This document shows positions 1 to 10,092 of a stretch of 64,000 bases of DNA, one piece after another. The notes under the pieces are model-generated. The model ran no database searches and was not told the origin of the DNA. It worked only from the letters and a program-made list of their open reading frames with translations. This DNA comes from Candidatus Poribacteria bacterium (GTDB lineage: Bacteria; Poribacteria; WGA-4E; WGA-3G): the NCBI GenBank assembly GCA_964291315.2, contig OZ219753.1, positions 1,024,001-1,088,000 of the forward strand. The letters run 5' to 3'. Every line of letters starts with the position of its first letter. The first letter of the stretch is position 1. A program made the translations under genes and the position numbers.

Positions 1-1
1 G

Positions 2-556
2 GTGCTTCCACGCGACACTATCTACGCGATTGATGTCCACGCTTTGGGCTACGCCTCATTTGCTGAATTTCCGATCTACGATCCACGGACCTTCCTCTAC
101 CCGAATATCGGTGTGGCGTTAGGACATGCCTATCCTGCGGCTATCGGTGCGAAAGTTGCCTATCCTGAGCGTCCGGTTATCTGTTTTAGTGGCGATGGCG
201 GTTTCTTGATGGGTGCCGTAGAAATGGCAACGGCTATGAAATACGGCATTAACGTTGTGGCGATTGTCGTTAATGATGGGGCTTTGTCAGCGATTAAAGG
301 TTCGCAATTGAAAAGTTGTGAGGGGCGCACAATTGATACTGACCTGCTTAATCCTGATTTCGTAGAGTTCGCGCGTTCTTTTGGTGCGTATGCGGAGCGG
401 GTTGAAAATTTGCGGGACTTCAAGGCGACTCTCGGCGAGGCTCTTGCGGCTGAAAGGCCGGCGCTCATTGAGGTGATGCTGCAAGGGAAACAAAACGAAC
501 TGATTAACGCAATCGATTGGTTGTGGACTGACTCGCTCCGAACAACACGTTTTTAA
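2..556 (+). CDS. Thiamine pyrophosphate-dependent enzyme, C-terminal part (5'-truncated by window edge)
   Basis: TPP-binding motif GDGGFLM...VVNDG and NPDFVEFARSFG, acetolactate synthase-like C-terminal domain. Confidence 0.85.
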   Translation: MLPRDTIYAIDVHALGYASFAEFPIYDPRTFLYPNIGVALGHAYPAAIGAKVAYPERPVICFSGDGGFLMGAVEMATAMKYGINVVAIVVNDGALSAIKGSQLKSCEGRTIDTDLLNPDFVEFARSFGAYAERVENLRDFKATLGEALAAERPALIEVMLQGKQNELINAIDWLWTDSLRTTRF

Positions 557-701
557 GGTGTTTAACGTGTTGTTTGTTAGAGACAAAAATTGTATAAGCA
601 CAACGTCCTATGTGTAGGAACCCCGTTTATGAACCGAAATTTTCATTGTGTTGAAAGAGAAGATGTCAGATAATTGAAAGCAGCGTAAAGGAGATAAACG
701 C

Positions 702-1109
702 ATGAACGGGATGGAAAAAGTTGTAAAGCACTTAGAGATGACACAAGCGGTTATTAATCGTTTGGGTCGTAACAGTTCCATCCTCAAAAGCTGGAGTATG
801 ACGATTCTTGTCGCAGCCATGGTTTTAATCGCTAGAGCAGATCTACAGAACCCGTATTTCGTTTTGACGCTTTTCCTTCCGATTGTAGGTTTTTGGATTT
901 TGGACGGTTACTTTCTCTGTCAGGAACGTCTGTTTCGGCAAGTCTATGAGGATGTACGGCAGCAAAGCGACACAGATTTCAAGATGGACTTCGGCAGACA
1001 CAAGGGCAAACCGAAATGCAGCTGGATATCTGCTATCTTTTCTATCACGCTTACTGTTTTTTATGCGATAGAGGTGCTTTTCGTCGGGGCGATCGCTTAT
1101 TTTCTTTAA
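702..1109 (+). CDS. Uncharacterised small membrane protein (about 3 TM helices)
   Basis: AAGGAG RBS; hydrophobic segments; KHLEMTQAVINRL..NS..LKSW and YFLCQERLFR..YE.VR motifs. Confidence 0.7.
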   Translation: MNGMEKVVKHLEMTQAVINRLGRNSSILKSWSMTILVAAMVLIARADLQNPYFVLTLFLPIVGFWILDGYFLCQERLFRQVYEDVRQQSDTDFKMDFGRHKGKPKCSWISAIFSITLTVFYAIEVLFVGAIAYFL

Positions 1110-1657
1110 TTTACACAAGAGAACCGTTGGGATATAGATCTGAGGCTGCGCGTATGTTAGGAGCCTTTGGATGCGCGGATTTTCGAGTCCTCAGGTTTGT
1201 TCGTTTATCCGTTACGCTATAGGATACGAGCGGAGCGCATTTTCGTTAAAAATAGGGACTCTTCAGCAGTCTGCTGCGTGAAAAGGCGAGCGTCAAAAAA
1301 CTACGCCACTGCAAAGCATTCTTGAGACAAAGATGCGTCTGTTTATGTAGCAAGATCCGGCCTAAATTCAGGAACGTGTCTCTCAGGCATTATATCATAT
1401 GCCGCGCCTTTAATCTAATCTAATCTAACGCGAGCTTGAAAAGCGTTTGAGGTTTAAGGGGCTTTGTGCGTTGTATCCGCGAATTTTTTGTCGTGAAAAA
1501 ATATTTGCATTCGGGCGACTTTAAAGATATAATTGGAAATTGGCACTGTTATGTAGGTAGGAGAGTGACATTGATCGGTGATGTTAGCTCTATCTGCTTA
1601 ATTCAGAAGAAGCATGACAGAAGGAAGCAGCATTCCTATTTTTTTTGATACGTTTTC

Positions 1658-1687
1658 TTGACTTTTTGCGTTATAGGCCTGTATACT
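1658..1687 (+). promoter_or_regulatory. Putative sigma-70 promoter upstream of the lamin-tail gene pair
   Basis: TTGACT-18nt-TATACT. Confidence 0.45.
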
Positions 1688-2137
1688 ATTAAAATGTATG
1701 TCCTTACGCGCCGCTATTTTTTAAGGTGCGAACCTATGTTGTAACTCCAGATGTCATTCAAGGGTGCTGGAAATCGGGCGGTTTCTCAAAGAAAACGGCA
1801 CTGAAGTAACACTTAAATATAGAGAACTGAGGTTTTCCCTCAGCGTAAATTTGACGTGTAAGTAAGAGAGAGTGGATTCGCAATTTCTGCGTCCATCACT
1901 GGTATTATAGAGTGTTGATCTTTGCAGTTTCAAGCTGTATCTGTTGCTCATCCTATCGTCAGATTTTGTTATTTTTTTTTTTCTGAAATCTAGCGTGAGT
2001 GCGATATAGAGAATAATGGGGGGAGTTGAGAGAGATTCTCGGCATAAAGTTGATTTCGTAAAGAGAGGGCATGGATTTGTCAACCTTGACTCCATCTCTT
2101 ATCTTGTCTATCTTTAACTTAACAATAACAGAGGAGA

Positions 2138-4993
2138 ATGCACGTAATGTTATGGAATAAAATTAGAATTTTCGTGGTTTTAGGGATCATGTTTGTCTTT
2201 GCAACCACACACACTTTTGGTATCTTTGGACCTGTAACTGGCACGGGTAACGATGCCTATCAGCAGTGGACTCAACTCAAGAAAGCCAAGGGCTTTTCGA
2301 TCATTATGAAGAGTTACGCTCTCATTGTTGCCACTCCTAAAGTTGACAGAAGTATTGGCGTTAACCAGCGTATAGCTAACGATGTACATGGGCAGGAAGT
2401 CGATGATTTGGCAGACCTGAAGGATTTACTGGTGCGCGGCGGCGCCATCACAATTTCAATGCGGGTGCCGACGGCAGCCGAAATTACCAGCGATGGCGCT
2501 GACAAGCATAGCCTGAAAGCCGATGCGTCAGCTGCGGATCTGATGAAGATGAAGCACCGTGTCGTCATCACCGAGGTGAATTGGGGGACGGATACCCCGC
2601 ACAGAACCGGTGCGCAATGGTTTGAACTCTATAACGCCGGCACTTTGAAATCCAAGGATTATATCAGATGGCGCACGCATGCCAGTTTAGACGCCGCCGC
2701 TGTCCCTGAACCGGGTAAGACGTTCATGTGGGACGATGACGGTAATGGGGAGCGCAAGTTTGTTGTTTTGGATCGTGTCGCCACGATCGATCGTTTTGGT
2801 AACCCGTGGGAGCTGAAAGGTGCGGATGGCGATACTGCCGATGGTGAGCCCGATGCTGATCCTTCTACCACTGAGATTGATCTACCTACCGATAGGGATA
2901 CCGGGGATCCTGACAATGCGATGACCTCCATGTATCGCAAGATCGATCTAGATGACACGGGTATGGCGTATAAAGTGGAAGGCGGAAAACTGAAAGGCCT
3001 CGGAGAAGGCAACGCAGCCAGCTCCTGGGAGGCGTCTAAATATAAGGGTAAGTATATCCTCTATGGCAATTACAAAGGGAGTCCCGGGGCAGTCCACTCG
3101 AAAAATCCGGGTGGCCCGGGTGCAGCCTTGTTTAATATGACCCCCGCCTCTATCTCTCACACAGGCATCATCATCAACGAGGTGCGAAACGACTCTTCAG
3201 ACGAGAACTTGGATTGGATAGAGCTGTTCTATAACAGTGATGATCCCGAAGCCAAGCCTGTGAATATAGAGAACTATAAGCTGAGCCTGGTGATGGGGAA
3301 GATGAAGTCTGATGGCAGCTATCACGAGTCGGGTGATGCCAACTTCACGGAGACCAAACTCGCTGTGCTGCCGAAATACGAGATGACACCGGGCGAGTAT
3401 GTAGTGGTCTATAACCGGGAGCCTGGGAAGAGTGTTACGTTTGCTGGCGGTGAAAAACTTCAGGATCTCTCTGCGAAAACGCACATCAAAAAGGGTGCCA
3501 CACACAAGTATGTGGTAGAGGCAGACCTGAAGCTGCCTGCTGAAGGCAAGTTCTTGATCCTGCTGCGCACGCGGAATAGTGCGGATGACGTTGGCAAGCC
3601 GTCAAATGTCAAAGATTATGCCGGCAACGGTTTCTTTAAGCGCATGGAAGATAAGAAGTTCGATACGAGTGTGTGGCCGTTTGTGGCGTGGTCTGCCCCG
3701 GGAGACGTTGAGGACTTCGGTAGCATGAACACCTTCGCCTCTACGAGTATGTCGTTCGGTCGGGGGGCCCAGTTGAGCTCGAAGGGCATGTATTGGGCGA
3801 AGTCTCGTGCGAACCGTGTTCACAAAGACGATTGGATGACGTTCGGTTTCATGGGTGCTGGCTACGATCGCGGGCGCGATAAAACGGTTGACACAGCGAG
3901 TGCCCCTGGCACGCCGGGGTATCCGAACATAGGGGTGAGTATGATCGCGGATGACAAAAACACCGCATCGACTGACGATGACTACGTCTTCGATGGGAAA
4001 GTGAGCATCAGCGAGATTATGTTTGATGCGGGGCCGCGCTCGAACTTGGCGCAGTGGATAGAGTTGTACAACAGCTCTATGACAGAGACGCTAGACCTTG
4101 CGGGCTGGGAGTTAGAGGTTCGCAATGAGCGGACAGAGATGGGTTCTTATGTCAATGCGAAGTTCACATTTGCTGCGGACACGTATCTGCCGCCGAATCA
4201 GACGTTGCTGCTGGTGTCGAACAATGGTGCGAACGATGTTGCGGAGAACTACGTCTATAACTTGCAGGAGAAGCACGGGACTGCTCTGGGTTTGACAGTG
4301 CGGGGTCGGCAGCTGCTGAGTGCGGCGGGCTTCCATCTGGAGCTTCGTGCGAAGGTCAACACAAGCGGTGACTCGGCGTTGATGGTAGTAGACACAGCTG
4401 GCAACCTTGAGATATCGGGGACGGTGCGCACCCACGCCTGGGATTTGCCCGAGCGCGGTGAGATGCGGATGTCTATCACCCGCACGTATAAAGGCGGTTC
4501 CAATCCGGATGATGGTTTGATGCAAGCCTCTTGGCGGCAGGCAAACCTAGCAGGTGCCTCGCTGACGTACTACGGACACCGGGACGATATCGGTTCCCCT
4601 GGCTACCGGGTCGGTGGTCCGTTGCCGGTTTCACTCTCGAGTTTCCGTCCTGTGCGCGATGCCTCGACGGGCCACGTTGAGATTACCTGGGTAACGCAGT
4701 CCGAGCTCAACAACGCGGGGTTCAATATCCTGCGCAGCGAAAGCAAGACGGGTGAGTTTGCGGTTATCAACACGAAGGGTCTGATTGCCGGACACGGCAC
4801 GACGTCCGAGAAGCATGTGTATCGCTACACAGATACCGCTGCGAAGCCGAACGTGGTGTATTACTACCAGATAGAAGACGTCTCTATGGACGGGGTGCGG
4901 ACGACGTTACGGACGACGCATCTGCGTGGGGATGTCTCTGCAAGTGGTAAGCTCACAACGCGGTGGGGAGAGCTGAAATCGTCTGACAAATAG
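2138..4993 (+). CDS. Secreted lamin-tail-domain (LTD) protein with LPVSLSSF Ig-like C-terminal domain and KLTTRWGELK tail, paralog A (start may be ATG 2147)
   Basis: Signal peptide; repeated I(T/N/S)E(V/I)...W(I/F)EL(Y/F)N and (S/T)PG motifs typical of LTD; GAGGAG RBS. Confidence 0.8.
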   Translation: MHVMLWNKIRIFVVLGIMFVFATTHTFGIFGPVTGTGNDAYQQWTQLKKAKGFSIIMKSYALIVATPKVDRSIGVNQRIANDVHGQEVDDLADLKDLLVRGGAITISMRVPTAAEITSDGADKHSLKADASAADLMKMKHRVVITEVNWGTDTPHRTGAQWFELYNAGTLKSKDYIRWRTHASLDAAAVPEPGKTFMWDDDGNGERKFVVLDRVATIDRFGNPWELKGADGDTADGEPDADPSTTEIDLPTDRDTGDPDNAMTSMYRKIDLDDTGMAYKVEGGKLKGLGEGNAASSWEASKYKGKYILYGNYKGSPGAVHSKNPGGPGAALFNMTPASISHTGIIINEVRNDSSDENLDWIELFYNSDDPEAKPVNIENYKLSLVMGKMKSDGSYHESGDANFTETKLAVLPKYEMTPGEYVVVYNREPGKSVTFAGGEKLQDLSAKTHIKKGATHKYVVEADLKLPAEGKFLILLRTRNSADDVGKPSNVKDYAGNGFFKRMEDKKFDTSVWPFVAWSAPGDVEDFGSMNTFASTSMSFGRGAQLSSKGMYWAKSRANRVHKDDWMTFGFMGAGYDRGRDKTVDTASAPGTPGYPNIGVSMIADDKNTASTDDDYVFDGKVSISEIMFDAGPRSNLAQWIELYNSSMTETLDLAGWELEVRNERTEMGSYVNAKFTFAADTYLPPNQTLLLVSNNGANDVAENYVYNLQEKHGTALGLTVRGRQLLSAAGFHLELRAKVNTSGDSALMVVDTAGNLEISGTVRTHAWDLPERGEMRMSITRTYKGGSNPDDGLMQASWRQANLAGASLTYYGHRDDIGSPGYRVGGPLPVSLSSFRPVRDASTGHVEITWVTQSELNNAGFNILRSESKTGEFAVINTKGLIAGHGTTSEKHVYRYTDTAAKPNVVYYYQIEDVSMDGVRTTLRTTHLRGDVSASGKLTTRWGELKSSDK

Positions 4994-5001
4994 CAGACAC
5001 A
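4619..5001 (+). repeat. Near-identical 3' block of paralog A (copy of 7491..7873)
   Basis: Direct comparison, offset 2872 bp, continuing 8 nt past the stop (TAGCAGACACA). Confidence 0.9.
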
Positions 5002-5081
5002 ACATATAACGCAAGCTCGATACATATTCATGCAAATATGTGTCAAGTTTGCGTCACCAATAACAGAGGAGAACAAAAATA

Positions 5082-7865
5082 ATGTTATGGAATAAAATGA
5101 GAGTTTTGGTAGTGTTAGGGCTTGTGTGTCTCTTTGCAACCCCCCAGGCTTCCGCGCTTAACATTGTGACGGGAGGTTCCCAAACCCACCTGCTTAAAGC
5201 CAAAACGTTCCTTATCTGGGCGAAAGCTACCGCGGATTCAGCGGTCTCTGCTAATAACGGCATCACGGACGCAGCAACAGGGAAGGTGTACGGCAGTTGG
5301 TCCTCCACAGCTGATCCAAAGTACACCTATCTTTGGGGTGACCTACGGGATAGACTCGAAGGCGGTCATGGGATAGTCATTACATTGCGAGCGCCGTCAC
5401 AGACTGATTTTGATAACGAGGACAAAGAGTATAGCTTGAAACCTAATCCGACAGCGGAGGAGGCGATGAAGCTCAAGCACCAACTCGTTATCACCGAAGT
5501 AATGTGGGGACAAGATGTGCCTTCAAGAGCATTTACCGCAGATAATCCGCAGTGGATAGAACTCTACAGCCAAGGCGCTATGAAAAAGAACGATGCCATC
5601 GGCATGCAAAATACTAGAATTAATCTTGACGCTCTAGTGCCTCGCGCAGGTGAGATGTTTGAGCGTGAGGAAACCGTTGGAGGGGTCAAGGTCAAGCGCA
5701 AGTATGTCGTTCTGGATCGTGTACACACGGTCGATCGCTTTGGCCGGCAGTGGAAACTGAAAGGTAGCAACGGGGATACCGACGGCAACTCAGAGAAGGG
5801 CATAGCTCCGATGCCCATGGTCTCTATGTATCGGAAGATCGAACTGGATGCCACAGGCAAGGCGTATGCCTATGAAAACGGAAAACTGAAGGGACTCGGA
5901 GAGGGCAGTGAACCCGGTTCCTGGGAGACTTCGGTCGGCTCGATTAACATCGAGGGTCAGTATATCGGGTCCCCCGGCAGCGTTCATGTGCCTTTGGGCG
6001 GTCCACATGTTGTCAACTTTGATATGAAACCTGCGGCTATCTCCCCTACCGGTATTATCATCAACGAGGTGCGAAACGATACGTCAAGTGTGAACTTGGA
6101 CTGGATAGAGTTGTTCTATAATAGCGATAGTGCCTCGGATGCGCCCGTGAATATAGAGAACTACCAGCTGAGCCTGGTGATGGGCAAGATGATGACGGAT
6201 GGTAGCGGGTATCACGAGTCTGGGGATGCCAACTTCACGGACACGAGCTTGGCGGTGCTGCCGAAATATAGTATGAAGCCGGGCGAGTATGTCGTGATCT
6301 ATAACCGAGACCCGGGGCGCGGTATTGCTTTCGCTGGGGGTACGAACCTTCAGAGTCTCTTGGACGACTCGGATGTCAACACGGGAGCCTCACACAAGTA
6401 TGTGGTTGCGAAGGATCTAAAACTTCCGGCTGAAGGCAAGTTCCTGATCCTGCTGCGCAACGCAAAAGAGAAGCTGAAAACGGCGGATAATGTCATAGAC
6501 TATGCGGGCAATGGTTTCTTCACACGGGTAGAAGATAGGAAGTTCAATACAGACGTTTGGCCGTTCGTGGGATGGATGTCCCCGGGAGACGTTGAGGACT
6601 TCGGTAGCATGAATACCTTCGCCTCTCGGAACATGTCTTTTGGTCGGGGTGTGCAGATCAATTCGCAGGGCATGTATTGGGCGAAGTCTCGTGCGAACCG
6701 CGTTCACAAAGACGACTGGCAGTCGTTTGGGTTCATCGGCACTGGCTACGACCGCGGCAAAGATAGATCTGTTGACACAGTGACGTCCCCTGGCACGCCG
6801 GGGTATCCGAACATGGCGGTGAACAACGTCTCCGAGGGCGACTACACGTTTGATGGCAAAGTGAGCATCAGCGAGATTATGTATGATACGGGGCCCCGCT
6901 CGAACTTGGTGCAGTGGATAGAGTTGTACAACAGCTCTATGATGGATACGGTGAACCTTGAGGGGTGGGAGTTAGATATTCGCAACCAGGAGACAGGCGG
7001 CTTGTATGTCGACGCAACCCTCACCTTTAAGGCAGGGGCGTATATCCCGCCGAATCAGACGCTGCTGCTGGTCTCGAGTAGTGCTGCGAACGATGTTGCG
7101 GATAACTATGTCTACAACCTGTTGGAGAAGCACCGTAGTGATCTCAGGTTGACGGCGTCTGGTCGGCAGCTGCTGAGTGCGGCGGGCTTCTATTTGGAGC
7201 TGCGTGCGAAGGTCAGCGGTGGCGATCCGATGGTTATGGATGCAGCCGGCAACCTTGAGGTAGACGGTACTTCACTCACGAAGATGTGGGATTTGCCCGG
7301 AAGCGGTGAGATGCGGACCTCTATTGTGCGGACCTATGGAGGTGTGTTCAACGACATGACAGAGGGTTCTGGACCGCACGATGCGAATGATGGGACGATG
7401 GCGGCCTCGTGGCGGCAGTCTAGTATGGCCTCGTTGACCTTCTACGGGCAGCGGAGCGATATCGGCTCCCCGGGTTATCGGCGCGGTGGCCCGTTGCCGG
7501 TTTCACTCTCGAGTTTCCGTCCTGTGCGCGATGCCTCGACGGGCCATGTTGAGATTAGCTGGGTAACGCAGTCCGAACTCAACAATGCGGGGTTCAATAT
7601 CCTGCGCAGCGAGAGCAAGACCGGCGAGTTCAAGGCTATCAACGCCGAGGGTCTGATTGCGGGGCACGGCACGACGTCCGAGAAGCATGTGTATCGCTAC
7701 ACAGATACGACTGCGAAGCCGAATGTGGTGTATTACTACCAGATAGAAGACGTCTCTATGGACGGGGTGCGTACGACGTTACGGACGACGCATCTGCGTG
7801 GGGATGTCTCTGCGAGGGGTAAGCTCACGACGCGGTGGGGAGAACTCAAATCGTCTGACAAATAG
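5082..7865 (+). CDS. Secreted lamin-tail-domain protein, paralog B
   Basis: Same architecture as 2138..4993; shared upstream CAATAACAGAGGAGAA and MLWNK start. Confidence 0.8.
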   Translation: MLWNKMRVLVVLGLVCLFATPQASALNIVTGGSQTHLLKAKTFLIWAKATADSAVSANNGITDAATGKVYGSWSSTADPKYTYLWGDLRDRLEGGHGIVITLRAPSQTDFDNEDKEYSLKPNPTAEEAMKLKHQLVITEVMWGQDVPSRAFTADNPQWIELYSQGAMKKNDAIGMQNTRINLDALVPRAGEMFEREETVGGVKVKRKYVVLDRVHTVDRFGRQWKLKGSNGDTDGNSEKGIAPMPMVSMYRKIELDATGKAYAYENGKLKGLGEGSEPGSWETSVGSINIEGQYIGSPGSVHVPLGGPHVVNFDMKPAAISPTGIIINEVRNDTSSVNLDWIELFYNSDSASDAPVNIENYQLSLVMGKMMTDGSGYHESGDANFTDTSLAVLPKYSMKPGEYVVIYNRDPGRGIAFAGGTNLQSLLDDSDVNTGASHKYVVAKDLKLPAEGKFLILLRNAKEKLKTADNVIDYAGNGFFTRVEDRKFNTDVWPFVGWMSPGDVEDFGSMNTFASRNMSFGRGVQINSQGMYWAKSRANRVHKDDWQSFGFIGTGYDRGKDRSVDTVTSPGTPGYPNMAVNNVSEGDYTFDGKVSISEIMYDTGPRSNLVQWIELYNSSMMDTVNLEGWELDIRNQETGGLYVDATLTFKAGAYIPPNQTLLLVSSSAANDVADNYVYNLLEKHRSDLRLTASGRQLLSAAGFYLELRAKVSGGDPMVMDAAGNLEVDGTSLTKMWDLPGSGEMRTSIVRTYGGVFNDMTEGSGPHDANDGTMAASWRQSSMASLTFYGQRSDIGSPGYRRGGPLPVSLSSFRPVRDASTGHVEISWVTQSELNNAGFNILRSESKTGEFKAINAEGLIAGHGTTSEKHVYRYTDTTAKPNVVYYYQIEDVSMDGVRTTLRTTHLRGDVSARGKLTTRWGELKSSDK

Positions 7866-7873
7866 CAGACACA
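7491..7873 (+). repeat. Near-identical 3' block of paralog B (copy of 4619..5001)
   Basis: Direct comparison. Confidence 0.9.
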
Positions 7874-7914
7874 GCGGTTAGAAATAGACAAGCTAACCTT
7901 ACAGATCAACTAAC

Positions 7915-7959
7915 AAAACGTTGGGGGGTGGAACGCCTGTTTCACCCCCCAACGTTTTT
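7915..7959. terminator. Bidirectional intrinsic terminator
   Basis: AAAACGTTGGGGGGTG...CACCCCCCAACGTTTTT hairpin between convergent genes. Confidence 0.85.
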
Positions 7960-7987
7960 AACCGATTTGAAAGGTGTACAAAGCTAT

Positions 7988-8824
7988 CTATCCTAATTCC
8001 TCACAGAGTTCCGTGATCAATTGGGTATTCTGGCCGATCTGATCGCCAAACTGTTGGTACATGCCGATCAGTAAAGGGTCGGTCGGTTTGCTATGCTTTA
8101 ATGCGAATTTGATTTCTTTTCGGATGTGTTGTGGGCTTTCGATTGTCCTTCCTGCTGCTAAGACTTTGAAGATAAGACATGGTTTATCAGTGCGCTGTAT
8201 CGCGTTGCACATTTTGTCGCGGTCTTCGCGTGCGTAAATTTCGCCGAGGGCGGCGTAGCCGAATTTCTTTTTGAACTTATCTGCCCCGCCGTGGAGGTTA
8301 TAAAGTCCGGTCATGTAGTAGTCTATATCCCATGCTTCGTCTTCGGCGACATGCAGGAGTTTTGGGTCATGTACGGATAACCCGACGAGTGCTCCGGTAT
8401 CGCGGATTCGTTTGAGGATGTCTTGGAGGTGTGCAAGTTTTTTTTCTTGCAAACATCTTTGTGCGACGCCGCCGCCGTGTGGGGCCATGCCGAATGGATT
8501 GTGTTTTGCTGCCTCAAAGACTGCGTTGGGTTTGTCGTACCAAAGTCTGCCTGGGCTGAGGCAAAACCAGTTCATTGTGCCGCCTTGGTTTCGGTAACGT
8601 TGCAGGTCGGCAAGTGAACGTTCTGTCAGGCTATTCTGCCAGCTATTAATTCCGACTTCTTCTGCTCGTTTCAGGGTTGCGACGACTTGTTCTGGTGTAT
8701 GATATTCTTTCTGATGTTGTGAAAGGAGTTGGTTAAAGTGGGAGTAGCCGTAAATCGGATTGTCTCCTATCACTAGTTTACTGATTTGATAGTCACAAAA
8801 AGAGACTTTTGGCAGGCGTGCCAT
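7988..8824 (-). CDS. Aldo/keto reductase-like (TIM barrel) conserved protein
   Basis: ISKLVIGDNP N-terminus and FKVLAAGR motif. Confidence 0.6.
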   Translation of the reverse strand: MARLPKVSFCDYQISKLVIGDNPIYGYSHFNQLLSQHQKEYHTPEQVVATLKRAEEVGINSWQNSLTERSLADLQRYRNQGGTMNWFCLSPGRLWYDKPNAVFEAAKHNPFGMAPHGGGVAQRCLQEKKLAHLQDILKRIRDTGALVGLSVHDPKLLHVAEDEAWDIDYYMTGLYNLHGGADKFKKKFGYAALGEIYAREDRDKMCNAIQRTDKPCLIFKVLAAGRTIESPQHIRKEIKFALKHSKPTDPLLIGMYQQFGDQIGQNTQLITELCEELG

Positions 8825-8868
8825 TGCTTATTATCCTCCGATGAAGTGAGGGGTTTTCTTTCTTTTTT

Positions 8869-9966
8869 TCAAACGTTCCTAAAGTGTGTCTCATCGAACA
8901 AAAATCGTTTTAGCGTGGATGAGTCTATCTGATGTATGAGTTGCTTAACCAATTCCAAGGTTGCAGTGTAGTCGTCAATGTTGATAATTGAGACATGACT
9001 ATGCACATAACGTGCTGGTACCCCGAGCACAATAGAAGGGATGCCTCTGTTAGCCTGATGAATGGAGCCGCCGTCGGTTCCGCCGGATTGACGGATCGCG
9101 ATCTGATAGGGGATGTGGTGCTGTTCTGCGGTTTGAATTACAAATTCGGCTAGTTTTGGGTTGACGATCATGGATGGGTCGTATAACCGGATTTGTACGC
9201 CGCCGTTGAGTTTACCTTGGGATGCTCTGTTGCCTAGTCCGGGTGTATCATCTGCGGGGGAGCCTTCGATCACAATAGCGATGTCGGGTTGGACGGTTGA
9301 TGTGAGCGTTTTTGCGCCTCGCATCCCGACTTCTTCTTGGACGGTTCCGGCGCTGATAACGGTATTGGGATGCGTTTTAAGTGCTAGGAGTGCTTCAATA
9401 ACGATTGCGACTCCGGCTCGGTTATCGAAGGCTTTTGCGGAGAACAGCTTCCTATTTTTCATGGGCATAAACGGTCCATAGGGGGCAATTGGACATCCTG
9501 GAAGCACGCCGAACGTCTCGGCTGCTTGTTCGCGGTTTTCTGCGCCGATGTCGATAAAAAGGTCTCTTGTGTCCATAACTTTATCCCGTGCTTCTGCCCC
9601 GAACAAGTGTGGCGGTGTAGAGCCGATAATGCCTGGTATTTTGCCCATTTTTGTTGTGATGGTGACTCGTTGTGCTAGCAATGTATGTGCCCACCAGCTC
9701 CCGATGGGCAGGAATTTGACGTAGCCGTCATCGGTCAGATATTGCACCATAAAACCGACTTCGTCCATGTGTGAATCGAGCAAAATTCTTGGTTGTTGTG
9801 CGGTTCCGGTGCGTTCACAAAAGATGCTGCCGAGTCGGTCGGTTTTTATTGTGCCGGCGTTGGCGAGTCTGTTGCGAAAGATCTGTCGGACCTCTGCTTC
9901 ATGTCCGGGAATTCCGTCTGCTTGTGTCAGTGATTTGAGTAGTTCGAGCGATGTTTCAACCATCAT
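8869..9966 (-). CDS. M42 family metallo-aminopeptidase
   Basis: HMDEVG, KAFDNR, QEEVG, GGTD and RYVHS motifs. Confidence 0.9.
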   Translation of the reverse strand: MMVETSLELLKSLTQADGIPGHEAEVRQIFRNRLANAGTIKTDRLGSIFCERTGTAQQPRILLDSHMDEVGFMVQYLTDDGYVKFLPIGSWWAHTLLAQRVTITTKMGKIPGIIGSTPPHLFGAEARDKVMDTRDLFIDIGAENREQAAETFGVLPGCPIAPYGPFMPMKNRKLFSAKAFDNRAGVAIVIEALLALKTHPNTVISAGTVQEEVGMRGAKTLTSTVQPDIAIVIEGSPADDTPGLGNRASQGKLNGGVQIRLYDPSMIVNPKLAEFVIQTAEQHHIPYQIAIRQSGGTDGGSIHQANRGIPSIVLGVPARYVHSHVSIINIDDYTATLELVKQLIHQIDSSTLKRFLFDETHFRNV

Positions 9967-10092
9967 TGCGCCCCTTTGGTAAGTCTGCTATAATTTGGGA
10001 AGATCATAACACGATAGAATATTTTGTGGCAACCTCTGAATCGCTTTAGGATTTAAAAGTGATAAAATTTTGATAAAAGAAGGGAAACTCAA

